Shown piece by piece: positions 52,692-64,000 of a stretch of 64,000 nucleotides of DNA. Numbering within the stretch: position 1 is the stretch's first letter; each line of letters begins with the position of its first letter. The stretch spans positions 310,682,001-310,746,000 of the forward strand of contig OZ024743.1 in the NCBI GenBank assembly GCA_964016885.1, given 5' to 3'. The notes below the pieces were generated by a model, which worked only from the letters and a program-made list of their open reading frames with translations, was not told the origin of the DNA and made no database searches. A program made the position numbers and the translations under genes. The DNA comes from Eledone cirrhosa (lineage: Eukaryota).

Positions 52692-52821
52692 AAATATGGT
52701 TTTATAAATATAGTTTCCATTTGTTAATATATTGTACATTCACTCGAATAATTTGTTGAGTGCTTTATATCAGTTATAAAAATAGTTACTTGTTGTATCC
52801 CAACAAATTAAATATAACTTC

Positions 52822-52877
<56 letters not shown>

Positions 52878-53755
52878 CACATACATATATACATATACAT
52901 ATGTATGTATGGGTTATATCGAACACAAATAACAATGTTCGATTCGTTTGTAAACAAACTGTCCAATTTGAGGTTGTCATGCCGGTGACCGATCGTCACC
53001 TGTTTGTTCAACACTGGCTTTGAGGAACAACCAACATATTTCTAGGTCATAACACTTCGTCAGGCCTGTATACCTCTGCCAGTCCGTTGAGTAGCCTACT
53101 TTGCACACCGAGTCTATATATATATATATTTCTCACTGTACTACCCTAAGTATTGAGTACTCTGGTGCATTATGGTCCATCTGGTTCCTTACCACAACTC
53201 CTTTATATATATATATATATATACATATATGCACATTTATGTATACATGTACGTAAGTATGTACAGATATCTGTAGCAAGAGTTTATATGGCTTATTATC
53301 AAGTAAAATATTTTGTTAAATGAATTACTATCACCACATCAATTCAGTTCATTCCTATATGAATTCGCCCTAGCTAACTATTCACTAAATAACTAAAACA
53401 TATTTGCCAGAACATTTCCTATATTTGAACTTTGAATCTACATAACATCTTTCTATATTTCTTATAATTCATATATGAACCAACTATATATATTTAATTT
53501 ACACATACTGGTTCTTTTAAAGCATATGGTTACAGGTCAACTAGTTCGTTTAAAGGCGAATAAATAGGTTTCACCACTATGAACATAATTTTATATATTA
53601 GAATGTTCTACTACATAGCATGCTTCATTTCTTCTTGGTAATTTTATTAATAAAATTATACCGCACAGCCTCACAGAACATTAATATTTTCTTAGAACTT
53701 TCCTGAACGTTTATCTTGCAGTTATTAATGAAAGAGGTAACAAGAAAATTATCAT

Positions 53756-53897
<142 letters not shown>

Positions 53898-53899
53898 CT

Positions 53900-54813
53900 G
53901 TGTGCACCTCGAGTGCCTACAGGCGCTCACATGGGATTAGTGCGGGATAAGTGCGACGACGTTCTCGGGGAAACTCTAGGCATCGAGGAGGATGAACTGA
54001 CCAGTCTGTTCGGGAGGACTTTCCGTCCAGGGCCTATGGATAATTTCCAGAGATCTCTGGCCTGGCAGTGCTACCGAGGAGCTCTACCAGTTCGAGACAA
54101 AATCTACAGACACGGACGCCCTGGCAGAGATCCTGCCAAAAGGATCTGTCCAAGATGCGAGTAGGACATCGAAACCGTTCTGCACGCAATTGTTCGGGCC
54201 CAGGGGTGACCGACCTGTGGAATTCTGTCGAACCGCTGCTGTCACGCGTGGGACGCATCCAGTTGTCAGCCGAGTCCATCGTGAGGATCACCCCACCGCC
54301 TTCATTTAAGAACGAATGAGAGGCGGTTTTCCTCTGTCTAGTGGGTATGGCGAAAGAGGTAATATGGTGGACGAAGTTAAAAGGACTGAGGGCAAACACC
54401 TTTCTCTCCGACAACAACTTATCCCCTTCTTTAAGTATCACTTCAGAAGGAAGGTGAGAGAGAGGTGCCAAACCCCAGTAAATTCGCTGAAAGGTGGATG
54501 AATGTGGCAAAAATGGCCCGAGTGAATGGGCCTTCTCTGTATATAAACCTGTAGGTTGAGGAAGATAAACAGAGGGAAGACAGGAATACCTACAAAACGT
54601 TATCCCGGTGTTGAGGGTTATTCTATCCACGGGGTGTAAAACAACCCTGCAGTAACGTTCCCCTCTACTGGAGATTTAAATTGTTATTTTATTATATATA
54701 GTTTATTGTTATTTATTAATGTTATTTTTAAGTAAAGTTATTTTTATGTAAAACCCCCGCCGTCACGTCTTGTAATGTTCCATTTTTGTACGCCCCTGTG
54801 ACAAATAAAGAAA
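53900..54813 (+). mobile_element. Tx1 copy F (5'-truncated, degenerate)
   Basis: ORF2 C-terminus (SLAWQCYRGALPVRDK...CPRC) and a 3' end AATAAAGAAA. (TATC)n upstream and a TCTA-rich tract downstream. Confidence 0.9.
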
Positions 54814-54922
54814 GGTATATCTCTCTCTCTCTCTATCTATCTCTCTATCTCTCTATCTATCTATCTGTCTACCTGCCTATCTCTCTCTGTCTCATTATCT
54901 CTCTCTCTCTCCCGCTCTCTCC

Positions 54923-54962
<40 letters not shown>

Positions 54963-54980
54963 CGCTCTCCCTCTCTCTCC

Positions 54981-55785
54981 ATCGAGTGGTCTTGGATTTC
55001 CGAACTATAGTTACTCGCACATTGCTCGGTTTGTTGTTATTTTTCGCTGTTTCTTCCCATTTGCTTTCCTTCCCCCCTTCCTTCGTTTTCCCAATAACTC
55101 TTTAACGTGTAGAAATATCCAAGACCCCCAGTAAACAACCGATGAGCACCCCCCCCCCGTTCTTGCTTTCTTCATATTCCCACTGCATTTTAAGTTACGT
55201 TAAATAGCAACTACACAACCATTTCTATTCTCCATATATTCCATCATGTTTTCGCTGTGACCATTCTTTTCTCCCCTTCTACCTTCCTATTTCGCTACTC
55301 TCACCACTCTTTCTTCCCCTTTCTGTCTCCCTATCTACTCTTATCCAACTTTCATCCTCTCCCTTTCTCCCTCTCACGTTCACCCCCCTCGCCTGACCGT
55401 TTAGTAGTTCTCTTCCCACTTACAACTGCGGTGATCAGACGTGTGTCTCTTTCCTCTCGACCACTCAGTCTTGAACTTAAGTTCTCTTATCGAGTGGTCT
55501 TGGATTTACTACCTATAGTTGCTCGCACATTGTTCGGTTTGTTATTTTCTTTCGCTAATTTCTTCCCCTTTGCTTTCCTTCCCTCCTTCCTTCGTTTTTC
55601 CAATAAGTTATCCAGTTATTGACGCCCTGGGGCGAAGTATATTGTCATTAAAGTGTAGAAATATCCGAGACCCCCAGTAGACAACTGATAAGGACCCCCC
55701 ACGTTTTTCCTTTCTTCGTATTCCCACTGCATTTTAAGTTACTTTAAATAGCCACTACACAGCCATATTCTCCATATATTTCATC

Positions 55786-55788
<3 letters not shown>
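54981..55788. repeat. Diverged direct repeat (~270-300 bp, 508-bp offset)
   Basis: ATCGAGTGGTCTTGGATTT... at 54981 and 55489, collinear as far as ...TATTCTCCATATATT.CATCAT. Confidence 0.8.
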
Positions 55789-55850
<62 letters not shown>

Positions 55851-55944
55851 ATATATATATGAAAAAACAATCTGAGCCCCCTCCCCACCCCCCTTGTTTG
55901 AAGAACTTTGTAACGCGTAGTGGCGCGAAATTTATTATACTTAT

Positions 55945-56110
55945 TGACCAACCAATCAAATTACTTCTCTAAACACCTGGCATTTCGAGCCACTTTTTTC
56001 TATATAAAACAAGTAACATTCAAAGACCAACCAGATGTGAGAAAAATCACAGACCTTCCATCGCAACTCTACTTTTGAAAAGCAGAAGAACTGCGAAACC
56101 AGTAAAGGAA
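55945..56110 (+). promoter_or_regulatory. Putative pLTR promoter (CCAAT and TATA boxes) followed by a degenerate hammerhead
   Basis: CCAATC at ~55952 and TATATAAAA at 56001, then CTT-TTGAAAA-GCAG/aagaa/CTGC-GAAA-CCAG-TA-AAG at 56072-56107. Island between (TA)n tracts. Confidence 0.4.
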
Positions 56111-56194
56111 CCAAATATATATATATATATTTAAAAAATAAGACTCCAGTTGCATTTTCGATTTAATCTTTTTTTCTTTATATATATATATACG

Positions 56195-57779
56195 TTCTGC
56201 GTACATCACCCTTAAAGATCATAAACCCGACTTTATTAATCGTCCTAGTTGTAGATTAATCAACCCTGCTAAGACTGATATTGGTCTTGCCAGTAAAAAA
56301 AATTTAAATAAATTAAATACACACATTAGAAGTAAGTCTAAATTACTCCAACGGATAAATAGCTCTTCCGTAGTACATTGGTTTAATAATATTAAAAACA
56401 AAAATAGTTCTAGATTCACCAAATTTTACATTGTAGATTTCTATCCATCTATCACTCAGACCCTTTTAGCGAAAGCTTTAAATTTCGCTAGAGGGTTTAC
56501 TAATATCTCCGATATTGAAGAGAATGTCATCTTGCACGCTAGAAACACTCTACTTTTTAATGATAATGACACTTTGGTAAAAATATCTAACCCAGAGAAC
56601 CCATTCGATGTCTCAATGGGCTCTTACGACAGTGCTGATGTTTGTGATCTGGTCGGCCTATTCCTCTTACATACACTTAAAGAAAAATTTCCTAACCATA
56701 TTTTTGGACTTTATCGCGACGATGGTCTAATACTTTCCCATACCACGATAGGCCATAACTTAGATAGATTAAGGAAAGACTTAATAAAAACCTTCGCTAG
56801 ATTTAATCTTAAAATTACTATTGACACTAACCTTTCCAATGTAGATTTCCTAGATATAAACCTAGATTTACCTACTGCTTCTTATAAACCATACCATAAA
56901 CCTAATGAAAACTTAAAATATATAAATAAAGGATCTTGCCATCCACCTATAGTTTTTAAAAACCTTATCCCTAATATTAGCCGTAGGATCTCCACCCTCT
57001 CTTCCTCAGAAGCTATTTTTAATAAGGCATCCCCTACTATAATAAAGCCCTCCAAAATAGCGGTTTTAGCGAACCGATTAAATACATCCCCAACTATACT
57101 AACTCTATTAAACATAAAAACAGGAAAAGAAAAATAATCTGGTTCACACCCCCCTACTCCCTAGCAGTTAAAACTAATGTAGGCAAAAAATTCCTAGAGC
57201 TCCTAGATAAACATTTCCCTAGAACACATAGATACTATAAGATCTTTAACAGAAACTGTGTCAAAATTAGCTATTCCTGCGGTTCCCCTATTAAGTCCTA
57301 TATCATCAACAAAATATCACCTAGAGAAAATCAAACTTGCTCCTGTAGAATCAAAAGTGAATGCCCATTACAAGGTAAATGCAACACCAAAGCCATTGTA
57401 TATCCGTCTAAAGTGACAACCATCAGCAACAACCATCCAGCCACCAGTGAACGATATGTGGGTATGACGCAAGACAAATTCAAAACGCGTTAATTACTCA
57501 CATGTCGCATCCTTTCGACATCTAGAAAAAAGATTTACAACAGCTCTGGCTAGCAGAATTTGGGATTTGAAAGACCAAGGTATCCAATATAAATTAGATT
57601 GGTCAATTTTGAACCAATCTAAAGAATATGCTAGAGGAACAAAAAAATGCACGCTCTGCATAAATGAAAAATATTGGATATTGCAAAATCTTAAATCACC
57701 AAAGACCTACCTGAACACAAAGATGGAAATTTTCACCAGTTGCCCACACATGAAATCGCACCTGCTTTCCAACTCATAA
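56195..57779 (+). pseudogene. Penelope-like RT plus GIY-YIG ORF, 5'-truncated and frameshifted
   Basis: YITLKDHKPDF, IVDFYPSI, MGSYDSADVCDLVGL, GLYRDDGL, WFTPPYS, CSCR...CPL.GKC, YVGMT and CTLCINEK motifs. Long 3' UTR to ~59105. Confidence 0.92.
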
Positions 57780-58270
57780 ACTTAACACACTTTCAGATAC
57801 TTATCCTCCATAAACTCTTATTATTCTCTTTTTAATTACCCTTTCTGATTTACTTTCATTTTTATCCTTATCATTAATTTCATTTATTTCTATTTTTATA
57901 TTTATATATTTTTTTTATTTATTTTTTATTTATTTTTTTTTTTTTTATTTTTTTTTATTTTTACTTCACATCCACCAATAACCCGCCCCTTTATTCTCCG
58001 ATTCACTTACCTAATATTTTCACTATCCATTTTTTACTTCCCTATTTCCTTCACTAACTGATTATACTTGTCATTTGTGTTTTCCACCTCAGATATATTT
58101 TTTATTTTTATTTTTATTTTTTTATTTTTGCGCAGCCAATCTTACAATTTTATATTTGTACTTACTTATCCAGAAGTTTTTTACACCCTGTATCAATGTG
58201 GCTGAACGCCTTAATGTGTGTATACTTTCTATATATGTACATGAGCGACTACGTATGTGCGCGCGCGTGC

Positions 58271-58306
<36 letters not shown>

Positions 58307-59003
58307 GTATGCGTATGTGTATGTCTTTATATCCGTGTTTTTACATCTAGGTTTTATGTTTTGTTCCTTTTTTCTTCTCCCCCCTTTTTTACTTACTCAT
58401 TTTTATGCGTGTGCATGCAAACAGGTCAATATGCGTGAGTGTAAGTATGTGTGTGTGTGTGTGTGTACGTATCGAACGTATGGATGTGTAAGTGTGCGTG
58501 TGTATATAAGCATGTATATTTTTGCGTTTCTTTTGTGAGATATACGTGTGTGTGTATGTATGTACCTTTTTTGTCTTCTTTTCTTTAATTTTTTCTTTCT
58601 AAATTTATTGTTCCATTTTTATAAATATATCGAGATTGATACTTTCCTTAAATTATTACACTCCCTTACCTCTTTCAGTTCCGCATCTAAGTGTACGTGT
58701 GTGTAGGTGTGTTTATACGCGTGCCTTCATATTCTTATGATGTATCTATTCTGTCTGTAGATTACAGACATACAGATACATTTGCCCTAAATTATATATT
58801 TACGCACACTTTTTCACTATACGTATACATATGTGCATACACATATATGCACATCTGTGAGCGTATATACATACATATACACACACTTAACTATATTTCT
58901 TGAAAGATTATTATAAATTTCATATTCTAATTCATTTGTCTATATCTTTTTTGTTTTTTTGCATTTCTTGATGAGACTTTCCAAGTATTTACTCATGTTT
59001 TAT

Positions 59004-59081
59004 ATTGCCTCGTCTGACGAACGAATGAAGACGTTTCTTTCGTATTCGCCTCATTCGGGAAACCTCTGGTAATGAGGTAAT
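59004..59081 (+). ncRNA. Type-I hammerhead ribozyme motif at the Penelope 3' end
   Basis: ATTGCCTCGT-CTGACGA-A-CGAATGA...TCATTCG-G-GAAA-CC/tct/GG-TA-ATGAGGTAAT. Differences from the 12698 copy fall at the variable N7 position and largely keep the pairing. Confidence 0.82.
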
Positions 59082-59105
59082 TATATGGTATTGATTTTTA
59101 TACAT

Positions 59106-59136
<31 letters not shown>

Positions 59137-59148
59137 TTAATATAGGTG

Positions 59149-59199
59149 AGATTCTACAGGAATAGAACTGTTTCATTCTTTAGAAATCATCAGGAATCT
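59149..59199 (-). ncRNA. Type-I hammerhead motif (7979 family)
   Basis: AGATTC-CTGATGA-T-TTC/taaa/GAA-T-GAAA-CAG/ttctattc/CTG-TA-GAATCT, at the end of a ~500-bp relic (59134-59640). Confidence 0.8.
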
Positions 59200-59772
59200 G
59201 GGTATCAAAAAATAAGTATGGTATTTATAGGTCTCTACAAGTGGTAGGAGAGGGTGGGGAGTGGGATGGGTGTAGGTCATTGGCTGATAGAAAAGGGAAT
59301 TCATTAAAAGCTAATTCTACAAAGCTATAGTTTATTTTTATTTTTAGAGTAACAAAGGCAGAAAGAATTCTATAAACAGGTTCAGGATGGCATGCCACTC
59401 CTTATTTTTAAGTTTCTCTTAAGCTAACAGGTGTCTATAAGATCAGTGGGGTTCAGTCATGGTAGATAGATTTAAAGGAAAGGGAGATTCTTTAAAAGCT
59501 AAATTCTTTATGGTTCTACTAAGTGACAAAGGTTTAGAGAATTCTGTAGACAAATTCAAAATATTGAGTGCATATCTTACAATTATCTTCAAATTTCTCT
59601 TAAACTATTCAACTATATGCCAAAAATCAACAGACACATTCACAAAACACACTCACTCACACACTTGCGCGCACCCATAAACACACACACATACACATAT
59701 ACACATATATACACACACACATATAAATATATATATATATATATATATACATACACACACATACATACACAC

Positions 59773-59817
<45 letters not shown>

Positions 59818-60051
59818 TATATATATATATACACACATATACACATATATACATATATACACCCATATACACACATGTATATACACACGTACACCATACA
59901 TACATATATTTATATATATATATATACATATATATACATATATATATATATATACATACACACACATATACACACACATACATATATAAATATATATATA
60001 CACATACATATACACATATACACATATATATATATACACACACACACATAT

Positions 60052-60142
<91 letters not shown>

Positions 60143-60146
<4 letters not shown>

Positions 60147-60352
60147 AACCAGTAAGACCCCGACAGCTGAGCTGAGCTCAAGCCGTTTCGACGGCTAATT
60201 CTGTCCAGAATTAGCCGTCCAGAATTAGCCGTCGAAACGACATGAGCTCAGCTGTCGGGGTCTTACTGGTTCCTATTACCCACTCTACTACCTCCAGTAT
60301 TGAGTACTTTGGTGCGTTATGGTCCACCTGGTTCCTTACCACATTTCATTCG
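60143..60352. mobile_element. Fold-back relic centred on a hammerhead stem II
   Basis: Palindrome 60143-60275 plus a ~75-bp tail that recurs at 53135-53195. The left arm, read on the minus strand, gives GAAA-CGGC...GCTG-TC-GGGGTC. Confidence 0.65.
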
Positions 60353-60404
<52 letters not shown>

Positions 60405-60467
60405 ACACACACATATATATATATATATACACACACACATATACATACACACATACACATATACAAA

Positions 60468-60861
60468 TGATATCGTATACAAATGCGATGTCACCTCAGG
60501 CACCGATGATTGCAAAAAAATTTACATCGGCATGACCTCCAACGACTTTAAGACCCGTTGCTATGTCCATACCCACTCCTTCAGGTGACCGGACAAATCA
60601 AACCAGACAACACACGCCTCCTATGTTTGGGACCTCAGAAGGAACTCCACCCCCTTCACGCTTAAATGGAAAATACACCAGAAAGCGCGCTCTTGCCACG
60701 GAGGACACAAGGGCTGCGACCTTTGTATCTCAGAGAGCTACGAAATTTTATTCGCCAAGGGCCCGCTACTGAACAAACTCTCTGAACACTGCCCGAACTG
60801 CATGCACAAGAACTTTGCAACTTTCAAACACTTTAAGCCAGTGTTAAAGCCCGATGGCTAA
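60468..60861 (+). pseudogene. Penelope GIY-YIG C-terminal fragment
   Basis: IVYKC...IYIGMTSNDFKTR...HTHSFR*P...YVWDL...CDLCISE...LLNK...CMHK, with one in-frame TGA. Confidence 0.85.
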
Positions 60862-61342
60862 AAACGACCTCCTCCTATTGGCCCCTAAACCTCCTTCCCA
60901 CCCTACCCCCACCCCTCCTCAACCTGAAGTACGGCCACTATGGTTATGTGAGTACCTCTTACCTATCTACATTTTCTGCCTGTAGAGCTGTTTTTATGTG
61001 CCTGTGTATATGTGTATATTTATTGAGTACTTATTTATTTGTATGTGTATATATTTGTCTGTATGTGTGTATATGTATGTGTATGTATATGTATCTGTAT
61101 GTATGTGTATGTGTGCAATGTATATGTGTATGTGTGTGTATATATACATATTTATATATATATGTATATATATATGTATATATATATATATTATATATAT
61201 ATATATATATGTATGTATGTGTATGTATGTATGTATATATATATATATGTGTATATATGTGTATATGTATATATATGTATATATGTGTGTGTATGTGTGT
61301 ATATGTGTGTGTGTATGTGTGTGTGTGTGTGTGTATCTGTGT

Positions 61343-61393
<51 letters not shown>

Positions 61394-61398
<5 letters not shown>

Positions 61399-61610
61399 GA
61401 CGTAAAATAAGAAAATTTTAAAAATTAAAAATTAACTTACTTACTAAAAAATTTTAGTAAGTTAGTTTTTAAAAGTTTCTTATTTTACGTCTTTCATATA
61501 ATTGTTCTGCATCCTCCTGCATTGAACCACCTAGGTACCATGACATAACTTATGTATTTGCTAGCATTAGTGTACATCTGTACGCATATGTTGGTAAATA
61601 TACTAATTCT
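61394..61610. mobile_element. Fold-back relic of the 8095-8758 family
   Basis: TGAAAGACGTAAAATAAGAAA...TTTCTTATTTTACGTCTTTCA inverted arms, plus a tail homologous to the reverse complement of 8095-8210. Confidence 0.75.
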
Positions 61611-61851
61611 CTCTCTCTATATATATATATATATGCGTGTGTGGGGGGTATTTGTGTGTATGTGTTTGTGTGGTTCTCTCTGTGTGTGTGTATTTATTTA
61701 TTTATTTATTATCTATATATGTGTGTCTGTGTATATATGTGTATATATGTTTGTGTGTGTATATATATATGTATTTATATGTGTGTATGTATATATGTGT
61801 ATATGTGTATATATATGTATATATATATATATATATGTATGTATATGTGTG

Positions 61852-61882
<31 letters not shown>

Positions 61883-61952
61883 GTGTGTGTATATATATAT
61901 ATATATGTGTATGTATGTGTGTGTGTGTGTATATGTATGTGTGTATATGTGT

Positions 61953-62012
<60 letters not shown>

Positions 62013-62246
62013 ATATATATATATATACATATATTTCGTTTCTGAATTTGTTTAGCAAGATTCTTTATCTGAAATCGTGTGTTGAAACCGATATTGTTAT
62101 ACTTTGGGAGGGTCATGTTGCCAATAAGAAACACACGCACCAGTTGCTTTCACTTCAATTTATTATAATAAATTTATAATAAATTTATAAATTTATAAAT
62201 TTCTGGTTGGTTGGTTGGTTCCACAACCAGATAGTTGTTTATATAT

Positions 62247-62291
62247 AGTCATAGTTCTTTCGTCACACACTCTGTGACCTCAGCAGTGACT
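62247..62291 (-). ncRNA. Hammerhead motif with mutated core (CTGCTGA)
   Basis: Inverted twin of 63791-63835. Confidence 0.55.
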
Positions 62292-62478
62292 GGGGATTCC
62301 TTCCTTTGTTTCTGTGCCTCTCCTTTGTTCTGTCCTACGCCATTTGTTTCTGTGTGTGTGTTGTGTGCTCAGTCTGCGCATGCGCCACATCCGGGTGTCT
62401 GTGTGTGTTTATGTTCATTTATTTACATGTTACTGGTTGGTTGTTTGTTCTATGTGTGTGTGTGTTTTCATTTTGTCC

Positions 62479-63420
62479 TTAATTGTAAGTTTTGATGTTG
62501 CTGTTCCACTCATATTTTCTATTTAATTTTGGTTGTAATTCTTTTATGTTTATTGCCTCTGTAATTTGTCTAAACATTGCATCTTTTCTGTGTGTAGATT
62601 CTATTTTTACTTCTATGTTCTCTAATTTACTCTTGTGTTCTATTTTAGCATGTTGGTAGAGTACAGATGATTCTTTATTATCTTGAAGGTCTCGCCAGTG
62701 TTCATTTATCCGTTCCCCTACACTACGAGCTGTCTCACCTATGTACACTATATTTTTGTCTCTACATTGTCCTTCAGTACATCTTATGCTATACACTACA
62801 TTTCTAGTTTTACGGTTAATATGGGGGCTTATTTTACAGGTTATACATTTCTTATCTATACATGAGGGTCTTTGAAAAGGGTATGTCTTGCTAATAAGTG
62901 TTTTTACGGAGGTACCTGGTCTTTCTACTATCTTAATATTGAGTTTATGTTTATTTAGGGCCCTTCTAAATTTGTAAGCTAATTCACCTCTAGGGGTTGT
63001 ATCGATGAACATTACACTCTGGTATTTATTGCTATCATACCATGAGTTTATTCTATTAGCCTTGTTCCTAGTTCTTTCTATTCTATTCGAAAATTTGCTC
63101 CTATACAAGGGGCAGGTCCCATTTATGTCATTATTTACCATTTTTTCCCATTTAGTTCTGGCTCCTCTTTACACTCTGATTTTATCTCTCTGATTGTAGC
63201 CAGAGAACTGCATACGGTGGATGAAGTGTTGTATGTGTCTCTCTAGTTCTTCGGGGTTGCACATGCGGGACACGTTTCTCATCACCAGTACCAAATCCGC
63301 AATCAGTATGTTGATTTTGGTATGGTCCGAAACGGCCGAGTTTCGGTGGATCAGATGTTTGGAAGTCATGGGTTTGGCATAATGGGAATGGAGGATTTGT
63401 TTTTTGTTATTAATGGTATG
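62479..63420 (-). pseudogene. Penelope RT thumb plus GIY-YIG endonuclease fragment
   Basis: NVVYSIRC...VYIGETARSVGERINEH...RQITEAINI...PKLNRK, with upstream piece 63169-63369. Confidence 0.9.
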
Positions 63421-63790
63421 TAACCAGAGCTCTGTGTCTAGTACAAATCGAATCTACACACAGAAATAGAATCTACACACAGAAAAGACGCAATGTTTAG
63501 ACAAATTACAGAGGCAATAAACATAAAAGAATTACAACCAAAATTAAATAGAAAATATGAGTGGAACAGCAACATCAAAACTTACAATTAAGGACAAAAT
63601 GAAAACACACACACACATAGAACAAACAACCAACCAGTAACATGTAAATAAACAAATAAATAAATGAACATAAACACACACAGACACACGGATGTAACGC
63701 ATGCGCAGACTGAGCACACAACACACACACAGAAACAAATGGCGTAGGACAGAACAAAGGAGAGGCACAGAAACAAAGAAAGGAATCCCC

Positions 63791-63835
63791 AGTCACTGAA
63801 GAGGTCACAGAGTGTGTGACGAAAGAACTATGACT
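63791..63835 (+). ncRNA. Minimal hammerhead motif
   Basis: AGTCA-CTGAAGA-G-GTCAC/agagtgt/GTGAC-GAAA-GAAC-TA-TGACT. Helix III is reduced to 1-2 bp. Confidence 0.7.
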
Positions 63836-64000
63836 ATATATAAACAACTATCTGGTTGTGGAACCAACCAACCGGAAATTTATAAATTTATAAATTTATT
63901 ATAAATTTATTATAATAAATTGAAGTGAAAGCAACTGGTGCGTGTGTTTCTTATTGGCAACATGACCCTCCCAAAGTATAACAATATATATATATATATA

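Larger units (their letters stand above)
59640..62030. repeat. Compound (TA)/(CA)/(TG) microsatellite field with embedded relics
   Basis: Seen directly. Similar (TA)n tracts at 7906, 8044, 10869, 12803, 28692, 45170, 46957, 49119, 52040, 52825 and 55788. Confidence 0.97.
62036..63988 (-). mobile_element. 5'-truncated Penelope-like element with long inverted pLTRs, in (TA)n
   Basis: ~62091-62610 is inverted at ~63460-63988, with a 55-bp tail only at the 62036 end. Internal ORF fragments. Confidence 0.9.

Noticed and set aside
53020-53070. Hammerhead on the minus strand (CAGGC-CTGACGA...GAAA-TATG-TT-GGTTG)
   Set aside because: The core is present, but stems I and II pair poorly. It may be a decayed copy but is not supportable as a feature.
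55135-55700. CCGATGA/CTGATAA as a hammerhead core in the 508-bp repeat
   Set aside because: There is no downstream GAAA or closing stems.
60586-60588. In-frame TGA in the Penelope endonuclease as a possible selenocysteine codon
   Set aside because: It aligns with Tyr/His (SFRYP, SFRHL) in the other copies, not with a conserved Cys, and I could identify no SECIS. The TGA at 49619 is more simply a mutated Trp codon.

Overview
AT-rich, microsatellite-dense eukaryotic DNA, either intergenic or intronic. The SINE sequences resemble those of octopus, so a cephalopod origin is inferred, not shown. I found no convincing host protein-coding exon. The window is almost entirely mobile-element debris sorted by microsatellite type. 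(1) A ~23 kb cluster (18.9-41.6 kb) of two-ORF L1/Tx1-type retrotransposons, plus one copy at 53.9 kb, all bounded by (TATC)n in one orientation and without poly(A). (2) Two R4/Dong-like RLE retrotransposon copies in (TACA)n. (3) At least five Penelope-like elements (RT and/or GIY-YIG) and many short pLTR relics in (TA)n, often as fold-back inverted repeats. (4) tRNA-derived SINEs and one non-autonomous Helitron. Hand-folding reveals about 15 intact, partial or degenerate type-I hammerhead ribozyme motifs from about 9 unrelated sequence families in the Penelope termini. These include a CAGAAGA core variant shared across one family, a 65-bp ribozyme-only insertion and a 526-bp retrozyme-like unit. 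All coding regions carry stops or frameshifts. All structures were folded by eye and none is validated computationally or biochemically.
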